A stretch of DNA of 53,928 nucleotides, the filler included, from Sphacelaria rigidula (Eukaryota): the NCBI GenBank assembly GCA_964200075.2. It is 3 parts of 3 records of this genome, joined end to end, with 100 filler letters (N's around TTAATTAATTAA, not from the genome) between each part and the next. Parts side by side here need not be neighbours in the genome. Positions count along the whole stretch, not along the records: positions 1 to 17,914 come from CAXNAA020000964.1; 2 more parts are not named here. One strand, written 5' to 3'. The translations under genes were made by a program, and so were the position numbers. Of this stretch, positions 1-13,352 are shown one piece after another. The notes under the pieces were generated by a model. It made no database searches and was not told the origin of the DNA. It worked only from the letters and a program-made list of their open reading frames with translations. Position 1 is the first letter of the stretch, and the number at the start of each line of letters is the position of its first letter.

Positions 1-348
1 AAATACCGGATTGGGCCGGTACGGTAGGTATTGAAATTTCGAAATACCCTGATATCGTAGGTATCGTAGGTATGAGTTTGTATCGTAGGTATGATATTCC
101 AAAATACCGGATTGGGCGGGTACGGTAGGTATTGAAATCTCGAAATACCGTGGTATCGTAGGTATCGTAGGTAGGACATTTCGAAATACCGGATTGGGCG
201 GGCACGGTAGGTATTGAAGTCTCGAAATACCCCGGTATCGTAGGTATCGTAGGTATGAGTTTTGAAGATACCGGATTGGACCGGTATCGGTAGGGTATGA
301 GATATCCCAAATACCGGTACCGGGTACTTACCTTACCTACGGTGCCTG
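1..348. mobile_element. End of a DNA transposon with an array of subterminal repeats (hAT-like); truncated by the window start
   Basis: About 4 degenerate ~85-100 bp units (AAATACCGGATTGGG...GGTATCGTAGGTATCGTAGGTA) starting near 1, 102, 185 and 267. They end abruptly at ...CCTACGGTGCCTG (348), whose reverse complement begins CAGG, a hAT-like terminus. Confidence 0.55.
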
Positions 349-1347
349 TGCAATTTTGTTCAAGTTTGTGCACACAGCCAAAACCAGCACTTGGGTCCCC
401 GAAGTCTAAACAAACCAAAATCAGCTCCACCCGTATATTTTCTATACACGGAATTCCGTGCGGCACTGGGGCATATTTTAATACGGGTCTGAGTACACGG
501 CTCGGTCCAAGCTCGGTCCAATAGTTTTGCGTGAAAGCTGTGAACACTCAACCATATGTCGTTAAAAAACCAGCACCTCGAAATCCACACTTCTCCATTG
601 CCAATACCAAAAGGGTTGAAAGAGAGCTATTAGTCGAATGTTGACACCTTGGAATGCCTTGCTATACTCGTTGAGACGGTTTCTGCACACCTGTGCGTTC
701 TTCCGGTGGCCGCAGTTTCTTTCTCGTCCGAAGTTGTATTTTTCGCGGAGACCGGTCAAGTCCAGAAAAGTTGTACGAGATTTGATCTATCCTTTTGTGT
801 ATATTTCCTTTTCTTTGTCTTTTCCCTTTGTCGAGTCTCCGTCAGTAAGTGTTTTCGTTTTGCTTACCCTGGATCCCTGGGTGAGTCTATCTGTTGCTAT
901 TTCCTCGGAAATTAGTCCATGTGCGACACTCAACCAACCAATCGATCGAAGATCAGAACTGGTTTTGAGTGTCAGCCGCGGCGAACCATTTGCTGACACA
1001 AGTCCCACTGAATTGCGTTGACTGTGCGGTGAAGTTTGATCTACTGCTCACGCGACGCTGATTGCCAACTTGTCAGACTTCTCATCATGCTGTGCAGCTG
1101 CTGCTGAACATATATTATTGCAACTCTTCACTCTTTTGTTTTGTTCCTCTCCTTTCCTTTTCCTTTTTCTCATTTGTTCTTCTTTTTGCTTCTGTTCCGG
1201 CTGTTCCATCTCTATACCTAAATTTCCTTTTTGTGTACCTCGATCACGTCTATTTTGTTGCCATGACTTGATTCTTGGGGCACCAGTTAATATGCGACAA
1301 TCCATCATTGATCAATCAATCAACCGTCCCCGCGTTCCACGTTGTAG

Positions 1348-4300
1348 ATCTGAATTCAGAGCTCACAAGGATGCAACACCGGAGCAAGCCAGAACATTCA
1401 TGGAGGAGTGGGAAAGCTACCTGGAGCTGTTGCAATATGAAGGCCCGGTAAGACGACGCTTCACCTATTTCGTAGGTGTGCTGTCATCAACAAGGAGGTC
1501 ATCTGCAATTTCTTCATACCCCGTGCATTATTATTATTACGCTCCATGGCGCACACGATACCCCGTGCTTATCGCACTCCATGGCACGCCCTTCAAGACG
1601 CGAGATCGCAAATACTTTTGTGATGGAACCGCTGACCTGCATTAGGGTATACCTTCCTGAATCACGAGTTGTGTATACATCGCTGTGCTGATTTATTGGT
1701 TCTCCTCCCAGCACCCTATGATGTTGTTCATTATAAGTTGCTTCCTGTACCGTGTACTGTTATGGCTAGGTATCGGAGGATGTTACACCCTTCCCTCACG
1801 TAAAAACATTTGGCCTCTGGTCGATGGTAGTAGAGTAGTCGAAACCCTACCCACGCTCAAACGAGCTGGCGCACCGATGTTTCTCGAAGGACATGCCCAA
1901 TGATGCATCTCAACAGCGTGGCTACATCTCGTTTTTTCGAGAGAGAATCAGTTGCTGTTCCCCAGCAACTACAGCGTTGTGGTGCATACAACAATGGCTA
2001 GGAAGAGGTATATACACACACATACTTCGAAGTATACAAGAGTGTCGGCGGCTTACGCCGACACGCTCGGTGGATCGCATTCCTAGAAACATGAGAACTG
2101 GGTGACAGTTGTGTGCGATGCGTAATGGCACATTGCGTAGTTTGAAGGGAAGGTCGTGGCTACTCATCAGCTACACGTTGCGCTTGACTTTGCACACTGT
2201 CGAGCTTTCAATGAGAAACGGTCCGAAAGTGATGTCGATTCAAATTTGGAACGGTGCCGATTTGTATTTGAAATTGGAGAAAAAAAAACGTTGTATTCAC
2301 CGATTCATGATGAAATAAAACCACATGTTTGGTAGAGTAGTAGCAACAGCTGCAGCAGCAGTACAAGGATAGTAAAAGGGGAAGTACAGTTTAGATGATG
2401 CGGGGTGGGTGCAATATCAAAACACTGTCGAGATATGCCGGCTCTACCCCGAGAGTTCAGAATGATGGCGCGCTGCCGGTTTCATACCTATTCCGATTTT
2501 CAACTAAACATAATGCCGGTTAATTTTCAAGTGGAAATACTACTGATTCCACAAATGAGAACATGTGCCTCGTTTTATCTCAAAGAGGAACATGAATTTC
2601 CCTCTGACAGGATCACACGCAGAGGCTTGTCACACAGCGCAACGCGATCAGCAGTGAACCTGGGGAACTCATTGCCCAATCCAAAAACACACAGTTCGAG
2701 CCGCAGCTGCTCAGCAACCGCGCACGTTATGCGTGACCTTACATAAACATGTTCAGAATTCAATGACAAAACGATGGTTTGTGTGAGACGCGCGCGAACC
2801 GGTGATTGTTGTGTGAGGTGCGTAGTGGCGCTTGTCGACAGTTTGAAGAAACAGCCGTAGGTGTTCATCAGCTGAGCACGTTGTGCGTGACCTTTCACAA
2901 ATCCGTTCAGAATTCAATGAGAAACGAATCGAAAGTGATGCCGATTCAATTTTGAAATGATCGCGACTCAGGTGAAAAAACGGTTGTATTCAGCGACCCG
3001 CAATGAAAAAAGTCGCATGTACGGTAGAGTAGCAGCAGCGGCTGCTGCTGCTGCTGCGGTACAGTACAGGAACAGTATGAAAGAAAGTACAGCTAAGACG
3101 ATGCGATGCGCGTGCAAGATCAAAACACGCTCGACGTGTGCCGACCCTGCCCCGAGAGTTCAGTGGAGAATGATGTAACGTCGGCAGATTCATATCGTTC
3201 CGATTCCACTGAACATGATGCCGATTCCACAAATTAATGTGGCCTGCGTGTGGTGGGGAGAGATGACACCTCCGACGGTCGGAGAGCGAACCAAGACGTC
3301 GAGCGAGAAGCGCATCCAACGGAACGCATCGGAACGTCATAACGCCATGCAGAACCCATCGCGGAAAGCAAATGTACTCCAAATACGAGCAGAACAAGCC
3401 GCACCTTAATGCCCAGCGAAATGCAAGCGAAAAGTCTGTGGGTCTCAGCAAAAAAGAGGACTCTAGAATCAAGTGGAGGTGAAGTGTGGGCTTATGGGAG
3501 CTCGAAAACGAATGAGAACTGTCTACGGGTAGACGTTTCCACGAAATTGATGAATCATTATATTGCTATACAAGCCGCACGGGATCCGGGGCTGCGCCCC
3601 GGTCCCGTCCGTCTTTTTCCAGGGTCTCGGTATTCTTGCCTTGCCAAGCCCTCGTGAGAATAGATCCTCTCTCGAAATGTTCTTCATGCCCGCCGGTAAC
3701 ATTGCAGGACCATCGCGATCGCGCATCCGTTCGAACGGTCGCGAACGCATGTATACCCCCGCACAAAGTAAAGCACGAATCCGCTAACCGGTTTCCCAGC
3801 ATTGGCATTGGCCCGAACAGTCATCTCCTGGGGCGGGTGCGGAGGAACTTGCACACTAAAATCAGCAATAAATCTTGTGGACGCCTCGTTACAAAGTATG
3901 CTTGACTTTCGTGAGTTCGGAATATTCTATATATATATATATACTATACTATTTCTCCACTTTCGGTTTCGGCGAATCAGCGAGGTTTGCTAGCGGTGCA
4001 AAAGTACGTGGATTAGACTCGATCAACCCTTGGACAGCGAGGTTAGTCTTCTGTTGAATCGGCATCAATTTCAAGTGAAAAAAGTATGCATGATCCAGAG
4101 AGACTAATCTCGCGGTCTAAGGGTTGAGATTGATTTCACCCATACGGGATGGTTCTTCCCTTCTACACATTTTTCTTGCCGCGAGAAAACAAAAAAACGG
4201 AAGAAACGAAGCGAGATAAATCTTACGAGAGCTCCACACAATCGCTTACAGGGACACTGAGTCGAGCTCGCAGATAGACTCTTAGCTGCCAAGCCATCCC

Positions 4301-6455
4301 AAGCAAATGAATCATGTGGAGATTTCGCGTATGGGACACGGCTTACATACAGAACCACCATCTCAGTCTGTACATGAAATCAAAAGCACTCCACACTGCT
4401 TCGATCGTCGCCATGAGCCATACCTTCGGTTATACGATATCGTGGGCCATCCTACCAACGTCTCGCCGCGCTGTATAACATGGTGATGGTTCGCACTAGC
4501 GAACCATGTCCTGTGTACCTGCAAAATCTCCGTCCAGAGCGCGAAAAGTCTTGCCTTTTCTGTTGTCCGAACGTTATTGTGTGCAACGGCCTGTTCGTTA
4601 ATACCTACTACTTCAGTATCTGGGATAGTGTGTATTATTCCTCCCCCGTGTGTGGGCTTGTGGTCGACCTAGGTCATTGCCAGACCTTAGTTTTTCATCG
4701 AAGTGTAGTGAGTGCATCTTCAGTTACACGTAGGCTTTAGTTCCGTATGCGCGCATAAAATTCAGCTCAAGTTTTTTTTTTTAGCTTAAATAGGCCTTTT
4801 TATCGCAAAGCTTACAGGTAGCCTAATATTCTTGAAACGAGGTTAACACGCTTGAAACGCGTATAAAACGCGCATAAAGTTGCCATAAAATGTTTTACGC
4901 GCCTCCTGCGGCCAGCTGCCCGCAAGTGCTCCATGTGGCGTGACTCATCACCAGACAGGCCGACAGGCTTCAATACTTCAAACTTCCATGGTCGTGTTTC
5001 GTGTTCCTATTCTTTGCGGGTCTGGTCAGCAAAACGTTCAGCCTTATCTTCTATATACATGGTACTATGTCGTTTTCAAACATGTGACCGAGACAAGTAC
5101 ACTTGTACAGCGTACGGTTGTAGTACAGCAGCAGCAACAGTGAGACGTGATCATAAGTGTGAGCAGCGGTGGAGGAGTCGCTGGAGTGGTGGCTTGTAGC
5201 CTGTAGCTTGCCGGGCGAGAGGCCAGAGGCTGCAATGCCCTGTGTCCAGAGGCTGCAATGCCCTACTCCTATATCATGTATCACAAGTGTAGTGGCATTT
5301 GTTGCTTTCGTACGTGGGTTAGGGTGTAGGTGTGCAGGTTGTGGCCTTCAAAGTCAATGACTGAAGAGAAGCTTCATTTTAAAATTAAAAATAAACGTCA
5401 AAACTTCGAATGCCCAACTTGTCGTCTTGTCTTCATGCTAGAAGGCGCGCCTTGTGAGGGGATACTGCCACAACGCCACAAGGAGGACGGGAATAAGGCG
5501 CATGAAGCGCGCCTATGTTGCGCTGAAAAAGCTTGAAGTGGGGCTTGAAAAGAATAAGAAAATATTATTAAAGAAGTTGGAAGCTTACTTTCAGGGAAAA
5601 AACGCGCATACGGAACCAAAGTCTAGTAAGTTACACGGCGGCGTAGGCCTCCCCATTGACTCCAGGCCGCTCTCCGTGACATGAGCCATGATGTCATTTA
5701 AAAAATTAGGCCAGGAAACGACTTTGGAGTTCGTGCGGCGATGTGCAAGACTACCACCCATCTTTTTTCTGTTCTTCATCTACAAAGTGATCGACATCCC
5801 GGGTGGTTGTTCCGGGTGTGCCGCACCTACTTGTGATTTGACTACTGTACTTTGAGTTTCACGTCGGGGTTGAAAAACAATTGGGGGATTGGTTTTCAAT
5901 TATGGATATGCTCATCGCTCCTGAAAACTTTCTTCTCTTGCGTGATACTTCCAGCCCTTCCCTCAACGTTTCGGGACCGAGTCCGCAGCCCCAAGGGATT
6001 TACCCATCACTCCCCTCGTGCATGCCTGACATTTTGATATTGCGGGTTGGATTAGTGATGAGTATTCCTGTGCTGGGCCGGCTTTCGTGAAATCATCTAA
6101 GCCACTCACGCCATCACGGCCTTAACGGAGGAAACCAGGGACTCTTCAGAAAAAGTGCGTCTACTGAACTTCCAGCCCCCATATCCGTCCCAACCGGGTT
6201 TGGAGCCGCCCTAGTTTTTGCGTTTGGGTGAGGGGGCTACCTGTAACCTTGGATGCCCGTCACGCACAACGCTTCGTTCAAAAAATTCGCCCATCCGGCA
6301 TTGCACTGCACCGCATGCCTCAGGTCGGTCGGCCGCTTAGCCAAGACGAAGCCGCCAGCCTAAACGATGAGCAGCGAGAACAACTGCTTCGGTTGAAGCA
6401 GCAGACGGCGGCGTCGGACGGCAACATGGTCGGAGACATCGGCAAGCACCAGTGA
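1348..6455 (+). CDS. SDHAF3: Succinate dehydrogenase assembly factor 3 (ACN9/SDH7, LYR family), last two exons 1348-1447 and 6324-6455; the 5' exon(s) lie outside the window
   Basis: The first exon (tag| ... |gtaaga) encodes SEFRAHKDATPEQARTFMEEWESYLELLQYEGP. It joins in phase to the second exon (cag|) VGRPLSQDEAASLNDEQREQLLRLKQQ...*. This matches the ACN9 consensus EFR.HK...F..EW..Y and G..L......L..EQ..QL..L. Confidence 0.85.
2100..3260. repeat. Degenerate direct duplication (~700 bp spacing) inside the SDHAF3 intron
   Basis: TCAATGAGAAACG..CGAAAGTGATG.CGATTCAA occurs at ~2209 and ~2915. GGTAGAGTAG.AGCA.C.GCTGC...AGTACA occurs at ~2331 and ~3023. CCCGAGAGTTCAG and GATTCCACAAAT are also duplicated. 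Confidence 0.7.
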
Positions 6456-7793
6456 AGACTGAAGCGGAGAGGTCACCTTCGTGGCGGGTTCCCATTTTTG
6501 GTCACCGTTGCCATTAATGGTCCGGATTCTGGCATCAAGAGGGGAAAAAAGTCACAAGAGGCGAATTAATGGGACCGGCCGTGACATTTTTTCCATCTCT
6601 GAAGGACCGCGAGGAGACGTGTTCGTGATTCAAGGCCTTGTGTGGAAAGCTGTCGATATCCACCGGAAATTGACATTTTTTTGTTGTAGACGAAGGATCT
6701 GCCGAGAGAAAAGTTTTGCACACGTAGCCCCCTCCTCCCCCCCCCCTCCCCCTCCCCCTCGTCGAGGGCATTTTTTCGAAAGCTGTCATGATTTTTGTGG
6801 TTTTTGTTTGGTAAATATTGTTGTATAGTTAAGAAATTAATCAAGAGAATACTGACAAAAACCAAAAAGTTTGGTAGGCTTTGCGACGTTCGTATGTTTA
6901 TGTTTGCTTCTGCTCCTTACCCGCTGTTCCGATGGCCTCGGATGCCTGCCACACTCACACATGTATGCACACGAGTGCACGGTATTGACAGCCTGTGGCC
7001 AAAGTAGCGACATTATCTCACGCCTTGTCAAAGTTGCCCGGGCTGCTGGTAGGTATCCGAGGCACTCGACACGGAACATGGTCTCATCAGTGTAATCATG
7101 GTGAGAGATCTACGTGACAAACGTTGGCTATGTGGCGGTCTCCATCCCAAGGATATGTGTACACAGCAGCTGACCGCATATGCCAAAGCCTCGGCTATAA
7201 ACTAGGGGAAAACAGACTGGATGCCCCCACGCCCCCTCCCCCTCAACCTCTCACCTCACCAAGAACTCAATTTTTTTTATCTTGGGGCTTGCGTGTCCGG
7301 AAATATCCCCCCTGCAGACCCTTGTGTAAACCTGAAGTTACTCGGCCCTGCCCAGCGAGGCTGGCTTTCGATACTCACGGAGTCTCTCTTACTGGCGAAA
7401 TAATTGTTTTCGCAAGCTGTACCGGTGCCATGTACTCTGGGGTAGAACTCGACGCCTCTCTGAGCTGCACTAGGCAAACCGAGCAAGAGCGAGATACTAC
7501 TTTGTACAAAAAGACCTTACGTAGATGCGGCTGATTCGTTTTGGTAACAGCTGTGGCTTCGGTGCCTATTAAACCATCTCTTGCCTGACGGGACGACGTC
7601 ATGCGCGCTGCACACATTGTCTGTTTACTGTAGTGCGTACGCGTATTATCAAGAATGCGTACTATAGCCTCTGCCAGATGATCTGGACAAGAGGACTTTC
7701 AACGAGGGACTCCCCCAGTATCACTGGCCTCGTGCTCGACAAGTCCTTCCTGCTAACTTGTTATTATCACGGAGTGATCCTCAACAGATCACA

Positions 7794-10700
7794 TCACGAG
7801 CCAGACAGCAAGGGGCCACACAGATGAGGGCCATCAATCCAGGATCCATCAATCCAGGATCCCCTGTCCCCTGCCACTGCTCCAATCATGCATGCGATTA
7901 TACTGAAACCTACGGCTTGATACCATTCGGCTACAGCACCCTCGAAGCGCGTTGAAGACAAACGGACGAGCGTGACAACCAACAAAAACCAAGGCGAAAT
8001 CGCATGCGCCGGATCACAAAGAAGTACCATACACTCCGACGCCAATGTACTTGTCAGCGCCCGAGTCAACCGCAGTTTACGCAGTTCCTTCAAAAACAAT
8101 TCAGGCGCAAAAGAATGAATGTTGCGAAAAGACCCCCACGTATGTCCTTCAGCACCGAACCCATCCCAATCGACCAAAACAATGGCATCACCATTGTCAT
8201 CCTCAGCGACGTGCACCAAAGCATTCATCCGACGTTCACCTTGAGCATACTGATGCTGAAATACATTTTTAGTTCCGCAGTGATGTGCAACTGCGAGTCA
8301 GCATATAAACGAAAACGAACGACATAGACCGAGTGCACGGCGCCAGAAACAGTAGTCTCCACCGAATACACGTGAGCGTGATCGGCTCCGACCACTCGCC
8401 ACGGACCTGTACATGTGGACATCAAGTTTAGTGTCACACCTTGCCTACGAACACGGGCATACAATACGAAATCGCCATCTGCAAACTTGGGCAACACATC
8501 CTGGCCCTGAGCAAGCTTACGTTTGGTTTCGCGAGACATCGCGACAGCAGCTTGCACTTCGTTGCAAAACCGCACTTGCTCGTCAACCTTGTCATGCAAC
8601 GAATCAGCATCCATGTCATCGACGTTCCACTCGCCGCCAGTGACAGAAACCAGCGCGGGAAACGCTGTACGCGGTGCAGGTCCAAACATCACACAATACG
8701 GAGTGATACGGTAGCTTTCACGGAAGGAAGTACTCAACGCCCACTGAGCGGCTGGCAGAACATACCCATTCAGACATCGGCCGTCTCTGTTCCGACAAAA
8801 TGGACCGCAACGCACGAATAACCTCTTTCACCATGCCTTAACAAGCACCATTCGACCAAGGGGTACACGCCACAGCAAACTGGTGTTGCACCTTGAGCGC
8901 GTCGCTCAGCTGCGCGATCACTCGGTTCTTGAAGTGCGTGACGGTATCACTAATGCACACACGCGGCAACCCCAAAGTCTTGCACAAATGGAGCAAGTGC
9001 TTAGCCGTAACCTCGGGGGTGCAAGCCTCGGTCGGCTCGAACCAGACGAAATTGGACAAATCATTCATGATAACCAAAACGCACCAAAACCCATCTTTAT
9101 CAGGCAAATCATTAGCACCTTCAGGTCCGCTACTTCCGACGTACAGAAAATCAAAGTGGACAACTTCGCCTGGCGCAGTACCATGCACAGTATCGCCATA
9201 CGGCCGAGGTACAGTCGCACCAGAACGAGTGTCTACACAATGCAAACACTGGTGAAAAAACTCGCGAACGTGGGAGCCCATGTGAGGCCACACGCGGTAT
9301 TCTTTCAAACGAAACAGAGCCGGCGCCACACCACGGTGACCAGCCGACCGCATGTGAGCGCACACCATCAAGCGACTTTGTAGAGCCTTATAGTCCGACG
9401 GAATCCACAAAACATCACTACTACCAACACGCACGCGAAACAAACCATCGTCAGCCAAAGCAGCTTGACCGAAAGTCGTAGGAAAAGCATGAACACCGTC
9501 GCCGGCTGTCTTGCGCTGCGCGGTATGACTGACATCTAACGAGGGCAGCGAATCATCGGCATCACACGGGCTGTACACGGCAACAGAACGAACAGGCACG
9601 GTAGGAACCTTCACCCAGTTAGACAACGAATCTCCCAAACAGTTGCGCTCTCGAGGCATGTGTACAATGACATACCGATATTGGCCGAGCACTCCTTCCA
9701 ATTTTCAAGCGGTTGTGCCATGGCCTTCGCTACCGTTATGACACACTCTTCGGGGTTCAAAATTTCGTCAAGCAGAGCTAACAATGCTTTTTCGGTTTCA
9801 GCAAAATAGAAAGCGTCATCTACCCACACTCAACAGTTTCAACCTCGCAAAGTGTCAGTCAACACACCTCGGAAATACGCCGTGGCGTTCAATACGCCCT
9901 GCGGGACACGAGTAGGCGTAAATAAACCGTCCGGCGTGACGATCGTGTGGATCTCCTGAGCCTCCGGCGCCAGAGGCATCTGCCAATACCCCTGTAGCAG
10001 GTCCAACTTGCCGAAGCATTGGGCTCCCAGCAACTCGCGCATACCTTCTTGGCTTGGCATCACCCTCGGAGACGGTTCCACTTGCGCGTTCACCGCCTGA
10101 TAGTCGCTGACCAACGGAGTGTGTCCCTCTTCGGCACCGCTATCGCCGGACTCGCCCACACAGCCTGGATGTTCCTAACCACAGAACCAAACGCCATCAA
10201 AGCTGCGATGCATGAGGCAAGCCACCCGGTCTTTATCGGATCGTAACGTCTGGGCTTGGCCTTCACCGTCTTTGCCTGTGGCTTGAGGTGCACCCTGATG
10301 GATTCTACGCGTGCTGGCGGATCACCACGCAGCGCGCAACGAAATGTATCCACGCGACGAGTTAAAGTATTACGCAGACTATAAACGCTATCGGTGCTCA
10401 GACCCTTCTGCTCGGCCTGCTGCACGCTATCTTCAAGCGTACGTTCTCTTGCACCTCTCTCCTCCGCTAGGTCCATGAACATGTCGGGCCCCCGATTGAC
10501 CAAGCGCTTCACCGCTTCATCCGCAGGAGCCTCCTCCTCACTGGCGCTCTGGAATGACCGTATGAATACGGTCGTACGCCTTGCAGCAAGATATAGCTGG
10601 GGTTTTCCACGCCGGTTTGCACCAACACAGCACACGGGCGCAACTTATCCAACGCCAGCGGGTACAAATCAATCCCGAGCTCCTTCATCGTCGCCATCCC

Positions 10701-11620
10701 ATATAGAACCACGTTGTCCCTGCCGGGCATAACAGCGAAAGTAATGGGCTGCAACTCCACAGCCCCTCATGGCGTACGCACGCTCACAGTAATCGGCACC
10801 GTTTCATGTGTTTTACAACCGTCACGGGAGCACCCGTGGCGGTCTGTGCCGTTTGCGGTCCATTTTCGAACGGAATCTACAGCTGAGCGCCGCCAAACTG
10901 CGAAAACATTTCTTCTAGCAACCCCACCCTGATCGACATGAGCGCGAACCCAGAATCCAGAATAAAGCGGACCATGAACGAACCTACGGAACCAGGCAAG
11001 GGGAGATCTGCGCGTAAACATTCAGCCTTGCGATAGACAGGTACCATGCCTGCCGAAAAACCCTGGTCGATACCAAGAGTCACCTGCCGCCAGGGCTGAG
11101 CTCCAGCACTTGACATCCATAGTCGAGAATCGGCGGTCCACTCAGACCACGTCGCCGAGCATGCAGACGACGCTGCTACAGCCGTCGCAGCAGTAGGAGA
11201 TGGACCAGACACAAATCCTGCCTCGCCGAGAGGTTGCGAACTATTCGCTCCAGCACTTCCCACCGAAGTGTATTTGCATTTCCCACGTACACTGTCCGCC
11301 CCGACACGAACAAACCATAAGATCCAGAGTCACCGCCTGATAACGTAGTGGAAGAAACAGCAGCGAAGGAACCACCATCCGCCGCCGATTGCTTGCGACC
11401 GCGACCGCCGCGCCCGCGTCCCTGGTTGGCACGGTCGCGTCCACCGTAACGACCGCCTCGAGATCCTGACGAATCTGCGCATTTCCTTGGGCAGCGCCTT
11501 GAGCGCGAGGCTTGGGGCAGTCCTTAATCGGATGTCCGATGCCGCACGCTCTTAACTGGTGTCTCGCACGCTCTTGTCGTCGGGCACCCAGAGGGTCACT
11601 CACATACATGTCGGGTAAAA
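7794..11620 (-). mobile_element. Decayed Ty3/Gypsy LTR retrotransposon with an integrase chromodomain (chromovirus-like); frameshifts and internal deletions
   Basis: Domain order on the minus strand: gag zinc knuckle (CGIGHPIKDC, ~11520-11550), protease (FILDSG, ~10950), RT (LDLLQGYWQMPL; PTRVPQGVLNA; WVDD), RNase H remnant, integrase (H..GHRG...CLHC; VHFDF; ISDTVTHF; PWSNG; GPWRV), chromodomain (VLVDWDGFGAEGHTWGSFRNI). Confidence 0.93.
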
Positions 11621-12959
11621 TCAACGATGACTAACACCCCTCCCCCAAGTTCAAATTGGATATATCTGTTGTTTTCGCCGCACCACCGCCCTTGCTGGCA
11701 TGTGTGTGACAGAGAACAGTAGTAGTGGTGAGGGCAACATTGCCCTGTTTTCCAACGACATATTTTTCAGCGCATAGAGGCGCGTCCTGTCCAAAAGGAG
11801 AGGCAAAGAGAGTTCGATATTCGCATTGGTGAGCTCGACAGGCAAGAAGAGACGAAATCTCTTTGCAGCTTGATGTTCTGGCACATGGAAAATTGGGCAC
11901 ATGCTGGTAACATCGATGATGCCAGTCTCTCGAGCGATTGATAGTCGCCGAGTGAGGACACACAAAAAACACGGATGAGGAGCTCTCTCTCTGTCATTGC
12001 TTCTCTCTCTGGTGATATAGTCATCGACACGCGTGTACACCGCATTCGTTGGGTGCACCTAATCACAACTGATTCACTGCTGCAGAGTTTGGGGGAAGGA
12101 TGGTTTCGCTCTGTGTAACTGTGTCGCGTCACCCCTGCAAAAAAGATATGCCACTTGAACCTCATTTTTGAGATCGACCCCATTTTTCAGGGTCCGCTGT
12201 CATATATATGCAGTTAGTTACTGTAGCTAGAGGGCCATGCTCATTACATTTTTCGTGTCAGGGGCTAGCTGCGGTAGAGGGTCGAAGACTGGGACAAAGA
12301 GCACAACGACTGAGTACGAATAAGTGTGTCGCATGCCGCACGAGCATTGTGTGAGCCCGATGATCGTCTTTTGAAAGTGGGTGTCTGAGTGTGTACAGGA
12401 GGTCGAGCAGAAGCACGAAGAGAAGAGAGGGGACGTGAAAAAGGAAGTAATAGATACCCTTGTGGTACCTGCTTGTCTGTCTTTCTAGGCATGAGCTGGT
12501 TTGTTGTTTCTGACTTCATCGTCAGTGGCTATACTGCCACTCCAATTTACCAGATACTGTAGTGAGTACGTCGGCGTACTCTCTTCCAGTTAATGAAACA
12601 CTATTATAATATTAGTTGTCGCTGTGTTCTTGAAGGAAATTTGAAACGTTCGGTGACAAACTTCTCAAACGTTGATCAGTAGTAAAATAAAGAGGCGCAG
12701 CTTGCGGTCATACACCTTCATATATCGTGCATCTTTTCTTTATACACCTGGTTTTAGTGCAGACTATTGTGTTCGGCTTGTTCCGTCAGATGTGAGAAGT
12801 CGAGACACGATTTGAAGAACCCATGATACTAGACGACCTCATAAGAATAATAGATGTAACGCGTATCCACCGCGTGGTCGATAGCCCGTGTATGCCGGGG
12901 GTGGGTAGCTACAGTGCATATTCACAGTGTAGTCGGTAACACGTTTATGCTCGAGGTGA

Positions 12960-13352
12960 GTGCGGACGCCCATTTTCCAATGACACCGCCCACTGTTGTG
13001 GTGTGTATGTTGTGTGTGTGTTATCCCATCTGTTATGGACGCCAGTCTACACCTCTCGGTATTTGTGGGCGCATCAGCCGGTGTTACACAGGAGGAAGGT
13101 CAATATCCAGGGGTTTTTTCTTTCATGTTGTGTTAGTACTCCAGCTTCCTTATCTCTTATCGCGAAAGGGCTTCAGCAGTCCCTTTCCCTCGTCGACTGT
13201 GAAGTCGAAATTGTGTACCCACGACAAAGTCGCTCTCCACTGTTGAGCATTGTGTGAGAAAAAAATCCCAGATCGTGTGACTGCACCGAGATTCGATTCC
13301 ACGACCTAACCGTCAGAAGGTTTTCGAGTTTACCAACTGAACCACCGGGGTG
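12960..13352 (-). mobile_element. tRNA-derived SINE, family A
   Basis: Minus-strand head CCCCGGTGGTTCAGTTGGTAAACTCGAAAACCTTCTGACGGTTAGGTCGTGGAATCGAATCTCGGTG has a Pol III A-box (TGGTTCAGTTGG) and a B-box-like GAATCGAATC. It is followed by a ~300 bp body and a simple-repeat tail. Confidence 0.65.

Noticed and set aside
1..348. Regularly spaced repeats resembling a CRISPR array
   Set aside because: Whole units repeat with no unique spacers, no cas genes are present, and the context is eukaryotic; they fit transposon subterminal repeats.
11630..12183. Overlapping 113-138 aa ORFs and a PPT-like GGGGGAGGGG-TG on the minus strand
   Set aside because: No recognisable protein motifs. The PPT-like tract is on the wrong side of the Gypsy pol to be its PPT, and no matching LTR was found.
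13280..13352. Possible tRNA genes here and at ~44700-44768
   Set aside because: No coherent cloverleaf, and each is attached to a repeat body; treated as SINE heads.
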